A DNA stretch of 64,000 bases from contig DATJZV010000026.1 of NCBI GenBank assembly GCA_035498715.1, forward strand, positions 11,923-75,922, written 5' to 3'. The position numbers and the translations under genes are program-made. This document shows positions 60,754 to 64,000 of the stretch, piece after piece. The notes below the pieces were generated by a model that was not told the origin of the DNA, made no database searches, and saw nothing but the letters and a program-made list of their open reading frames with translations. Numbering within the stretch: the stretch's first letter is position 1; each line of letters opens with the position of its first letter. The DNA comes from Nitrospirota bacterium (GTDB lineage: Bacteria; Nitrospirota; UBA9217).

Positions 60754-62388
60754 ATGAAGGCATCGGATCTGTTCGTGAAACAGCTTGAGGAAGAGGGTGT
60801 CGAGTATATCTTCGGTCTGCCAGGCGAGGAAAATCTCGATCTCCTCGAATCGCTCCGTACATCGTCGATCAAAGTCGTCATTACCCGTCACGAGCAGGCC
60901 GCGGCTTTCATGGCCGCTACCTATGGCCGGTTGACCGGAAAAGCGGGTGTTTGTTTCTCGACGCTCGGGCCGGGGGCGACGAACTTGGTGACAGGGGTTG
61001 CTCATGCACAGCTCATTGGCGCGCCGCTCGTGTCTATATCAGGCCAGAAAGCGATAAGATCAAACTGGCAGGCCCGGTTCCAGCTCATCGACGTGGTGAA
61101 CCTGATGCGTCCGATCACCAAGGAATCTGTCTCAATCGTGGACCCAAACACGCTGCCGACGATCCTCCGGAACGCTTTCAAGCTGGCGCAGGCAGAGCGG
61201 CCCGGAGCGGTGCACGTGGAGCTGCCTGAGGATGTTGCGGAAAGCCAGACGGATGCAGTCGTACAGAAGCGAGGTCTTGTGCGCAGGCCCGCGCCGGACC
61301 CCAAGACGATTGTCCATGCCGCGGAGATGATAAATACAGCGCAGCGACCACTTATTATCCTCTCGTCGGGGGCGAATAGGAACCTGATCACCCGGCAGTT
61401 GATGCAGTTCATCGAGAAGACGGGGATCTACGCTGTGCACACCCAGATGGGGAAGGGTGTGCTGAGTGACTCATCGGAATACAGCCTCCTGGCAACTGGT
61501 ATCCACAAGCGCGATTGGGTGAACTGTGGCATCGACCGCGCAGACACGATCATCACGATCGGGTACAACATCGTCGAATATCCTCCCTATGTCTGGAACA
61601 GTCACCTCGACAAGAAGATCATCAACATCGATTTTGCCGAGGCGGAGGTGGACAAGTACTATGATCCGGATATCGAAATCATTGGTGATATTTCATGCTC
61701 GCTCCGGCAACTCCGGGAATTGATTACGGGCAGGAAGAGTGATGAAACCTTCAAGTCCATCCGGGAATTCCTGGACAGGAAGCTCTCCCTTGACTTCAAG
61801 AAACGGTATCCCTTGACACCCCAGGAGATCGTGTGGCATGCGCGCGAGGCGCTGTCGCATGAAGACATTCTGACTCTCGATAACGGAATCTACAAGCTCT
61901 GGTTCTCCCGTCTTTACCGGACCTACAAGCCGAATACTTTCCTGCTGGACAACGCACTCGCGACCATGGGCGCAGGGCTCTCGGCCGGCATCATGGCCAA
62001 GATGCTCAGGCCCGACCGAAATGTGCTGGCGGTGGTAGGGGATGGCGGATTCATGATGAACTCCCAGGAGCTGGAGACTGCTCTGCGGCATAACGTTCCC
62101 CTTGTTGTTCTGATCTTGAATGATAATGCTTTCGGATTTGTCAAATGGGAGCAACAAAGCAAGGGCTTTGCGAGCTTCGGCCTGGACTATTCAAATCCGG
62201 ATTTTGTAAAGTACGCAGAAAGCTACGGAGCAGTCGGCATGAGGGTAAAGGAAGGGGACAATCTCTCAGAACTAATACGGCGAGCGTTCTCGCTGAAAAA
62301 GCTGGTTCTCATAGAGTGCCCCGTCGACTACTCGGTCAACTATGAAACTTTCTCAAGGGATCTCGCTAACATCGCCTGCGAATATTGA
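60754..62388 (+). CDS. Thiamine-diphosphate enzyme of the acetolactate synthase / 2-oxoglutarate decarboxylase family.
   Basis: Pyr, central and PP domains; ThDP motif GDGGFMMNSQELETA...N. Confidence 0.75.
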   Translation: MKASDLFVKQLEEEGVEYIFGLPGEENLDLLESLRTSSIKVVITRHEQAAAFMAATYGRLTGKAGVCFSTLGPGATNLVTGVAHAQLIGAPLVSISGQKAIRSNWQARFQLIDVVNLMRPITKESVSIVDPNTLPTILRNAFKLAQAERPGAVHVELPEDVAESQTDAVVQKRGLVRRPAPDPKTIVHAAEMINTAQRPLIILSSGANRNLITRQLMQFIEKTGIYAVHTQMGKGVLSDSSEYSLLATGIHKRDWVNCGIDRADTIITIGYNIVEYPPYVWNSHLDKKIINIDFAEAEVDKYYDPDIEIIGDISCSLRQLRELITGRKSDETFKSIREFLDRKLSLDFKKRYPLTPQEIVWHAREALSHEDILTLDNGIYKLWFSRLYRTYKPNTFLLDNALATMGAGLSAGIMAKMLRPDRNVLAVVGDGGFMMNSQELETALRHNVPLVVLILNDNAFGFVKWEQQSKGFASFGLDYSNPDFVKYAESYGAVGMRVKEGDNLSELIRRAFSLKKLVLIECPVDYSVNYETFSRDLANIACEY

Positions 62389-62729
62389 TTTTTGCTGCTG
62401 CTTGCTGCTATCGGGAAGAAACTGAGTCTTTGCTTATATAACCAAGTCGTTTAACGCGACTGCATCCTTGTTGCATTTAGTATTCATCGGGGAGCGTCAA
62501 AACGATTATCCCTTCTCTTGCAGGAGAGCCAGTACGGGGCTGTGGTATATTGTGGTTATATTTTGCGGGAGATATGAGATTCATCACGACGGTTGTCCTG
62601 GGCGGGCATGTCAGATTCTTCGCCGCTGCCCAGAAAGACATAAAAAGATGATGCTGGTTTTTCAACGCCGGTTAACAGTCACATACAAGGTGTGCAAGGG
62701 AAAATCGGTTTAGTCCGAATAAGGAAGCC

Positions 62730-63362
62730 ATGAAATCAGACAAGCGAAGAGACTTTGACAAAGAGGCTGCCACTTGGGACCGGAACCCGGGCCGCATCAA
62801 GCTCGCCGAGGACGTGGCTGATACAATCATCCGGGAGATAAAACCGACGGAGGACATGGACGTCCTGGATTTCGGCTGCGGCACGGGACTGGTGACGCTC
62901 CGGTTGCAGCCTTTCGTGAAGACGATAACCGGTGCAGACAGTTCAAAGGGGATGCTCGGCGTACTCCAGGACAAGGTGAGCAGGTTCGGCTTGAAGAATG
63001 TAGAGGCCCAATTCATGGATGCTGAAAGTGGGGGGCTGGTGGCAGGGAAGTTTCACGTGGTCGTGAGCAGCATGACGCTGCATCATATCCATGATCCTGC
63101 GCAGCTGTTTCGGAAGCTGCGCGACCTCCTGCATCCCGGCGGTACCCTCTGCATCTCCGACCTTGACAAGGAGGACGGTTCCTTCCACGGTGATCAAACC
63201 GGCGTTTTGCATTTCGGTTTTGAGCGACCATATCTGAAAGGGCTTCTTGAAAAGGCCGGTTTTCACGAGGTTCGCGACGTAACAGCCGCAACGGTTGTAA
63301 AAGAGATTGAGGGGAAGGGGAAAAAAACGTTTACGGTTTTCATGATAACAGGGAAAAAGTAA
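62730..63362 (+). CDS. Class I SAM-dependent methyltransferase.
   Basis: VLDFGCGTG motif I; AAGGAAG RBS. Confidence 0.75.
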   Translation: MKSDKRRDFDKEAATWDRNPGRIKLAEDVADTIIREIKPTEDMDVLDFGCGTGLVTLRLQPFVKTITGADSSKGMLGVLQDKVSRFGLKNVEAQFMDAESGGLVAGKFHVVVSSMTLHHIHDPAQLFRKLRDLLHPGGTLCISDLDKEDGSFHGDQTGVLHFGFERPYLKGLLEKAGFHEVRDVTAATVVKEIEGKGKKTFTVFMITGKK

Positions 63363-63412
63363 TGGCAAGCAGGCAGGTGGCACCCGTATTATGGGATGTT
63401 ATATTCCGTGAA

Positions 63413-64000
63413 TCACAGAGCGGCTTTGACACATTCCTTGGATTCGCTGTCCAGCAGTTCCTTTACTTTGTTTAAGAGCTCGTTGGGTGATACTGGCTTT
63501 GAAAGGAAGTTCACGCCATCTTCGAGGATGCCCTTCTTATGAATGATCTCAGCGGTATATCCGCTCGTAAAAAGCGCCTTGACCGCAGGGTGTGTCTTCC
63601 TGATCTCGTCATAGGTCTGTCTGCCGTTCTTTCTCGGCATGATGACATCCAGGATGACGAGCTGGATCGCATCTCTATTTCCCCGGTATTTTTGTATCGC
63701 CTCTTCGCCATCTGAAGCTTCAATGACGGAATAGCCTGATCCCTGGAGTACCGATCTCATAAGGTTCCTGACGCTGGTATCATCCTCAGCGATCAGGAGG
63801 GTCTCTGCGCCAGCCTTCGGCACGGAGGCGTTAACACGCGTTGCTTGCTCGAACGCGACCCTGCTCAGCGGGAGGTAAATATTGAAGGTAGTCCCGATGG
63901 CCGGTACGCTATGGACGTCGATATACCCATTGTGCTGTTTTACGATCCCATAGACGATTGCAAGACCAAGTCCGGTCCCTTTGCCTGTAGACTTGGTGGT
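63413..64000 (-). CDS. Hybrid sensor histidine kinase with a C-terminal receiver domain; the N-terminal part lies beyond the window end.
   Basis: The minus-strand frame stays open past the track's ATG. Upstream residues [24 protein letters not shown]...[10 protein letters not shown] are the HATPase_c G2 box, fused in frame to the CheY-like receiver (LIAEDD...ILDVIMP...K). Confidence 0.7.
   Translation of the reverse strand, partial: TTKSTGKGTGLGLAIVYGIVKQHNGYIDVHSVPAIGTTFNIYLPLSRVAFEQATRVNASVPKAGAETLLIAEDDTSVRNLMRSVLQGSGYSVIEASDGEEAIQKYRGNRDAIQLVILDVIMPRKNGRQTYDEIRKTHPAVKALFTSGYTAEIIHKKGILEDGVNFLSKPVSPNELLNKVKELLDSESKECVKAAL

Noticed and set aside
62468-62713. 81-aa Cys/His-rich ORF between the ThDP enzyme and the methyltransferase.
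   Set aside because: TTG start, no RBS, no recognisable metal-binding spacing; probably non-coding leader.
1-64000. CRISPR arrays, rRNA genes, integrases, and restriction-modification or toxin-antitoxin modules.
   Set aside because: No regularly spaced direct repeats, no rRNA-like segments, and no recognisable integrase, Cas, REase or MTase defence-pair motifs in any frame.

Overview
The window is a 64-kb segment of a bacterial chromosome, about 57% GC, gene-dense and mostly housekeeping. Gene calls rest on recognisable protein motifs in the supplied ORF translations plus start-codon and Shine-Dalgarno context read from the DNA; no database search was run.

Left to right the main blocks are:
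- the 5' part of an mlaE permease gene on the minus strand, with its 3' end running off the window start, and dusB;
- a translation cluster: ffh, rpsP, rimM, trmD, rplS, rnhB, rimO, and an S1-domain protein;
- a small AT-rich accessory island holding a 3' remnant of an IS200/IS605 tnpB, a GC-rich hairpin and a 147-aa orphan ORF;
- an ArsB/NhaD-type permease fused to a DUF192 domain, an MBL-fold hydrolase, an FmdB zinc-ribbon protein and a TIM-barrel protein;
- a TPR lipoprotein, a LolB-like lipoprotein, ispE, spoVG, tRNA-Gln(UUG), prs, rplY, pth and ychF;
- assorted genes: CapA, nitroreductase, a nitronate monooxygenase, a Zn-phospholipase-C-like protein, CBS proteins, a tandem BOF/YgiW protein, a divergent ATP-PEPCK-like protein and PolX;
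- a minus-strand livFGMHK-type ABC transporter;
- a large TCA-centred block: frd/sdhCAB, fumC, NAD-malic enzyme, glutamate dehydrogenase, aconitase, citrate synthase, then an aldehyde dehydrogenase next to an acetolactate-synthase-like ThDP enzyme;
- a lone GroES-like gene, an M16 peptidase, sodC, a methyltransferase, and a hybrid histidine kinase that runs off the window end.

Points worth a second look:
- the ALDH plus ALS-like ThDP enzyme pair, which may be a 2-oxoglutarate decarboxylase/succinate-semialdehyde dehydrogenase bypass sitting in the TCA cluster;
- a roughly 270-nt purine-rich, GGA-rich non-coding tract;
- the tnpB remnant and its AT-rich island;
- a recurring AT-rich motif family (TTTGGAATTT / AAATTTGAATTT / AAATCGATTC) upstream of translation genes;
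- a frameshifted small gene with a strong ribosome-binding site;
- the permease-DUF192 fusion.

No CRISPR array, rRNA gene or intact mobile element is visible.
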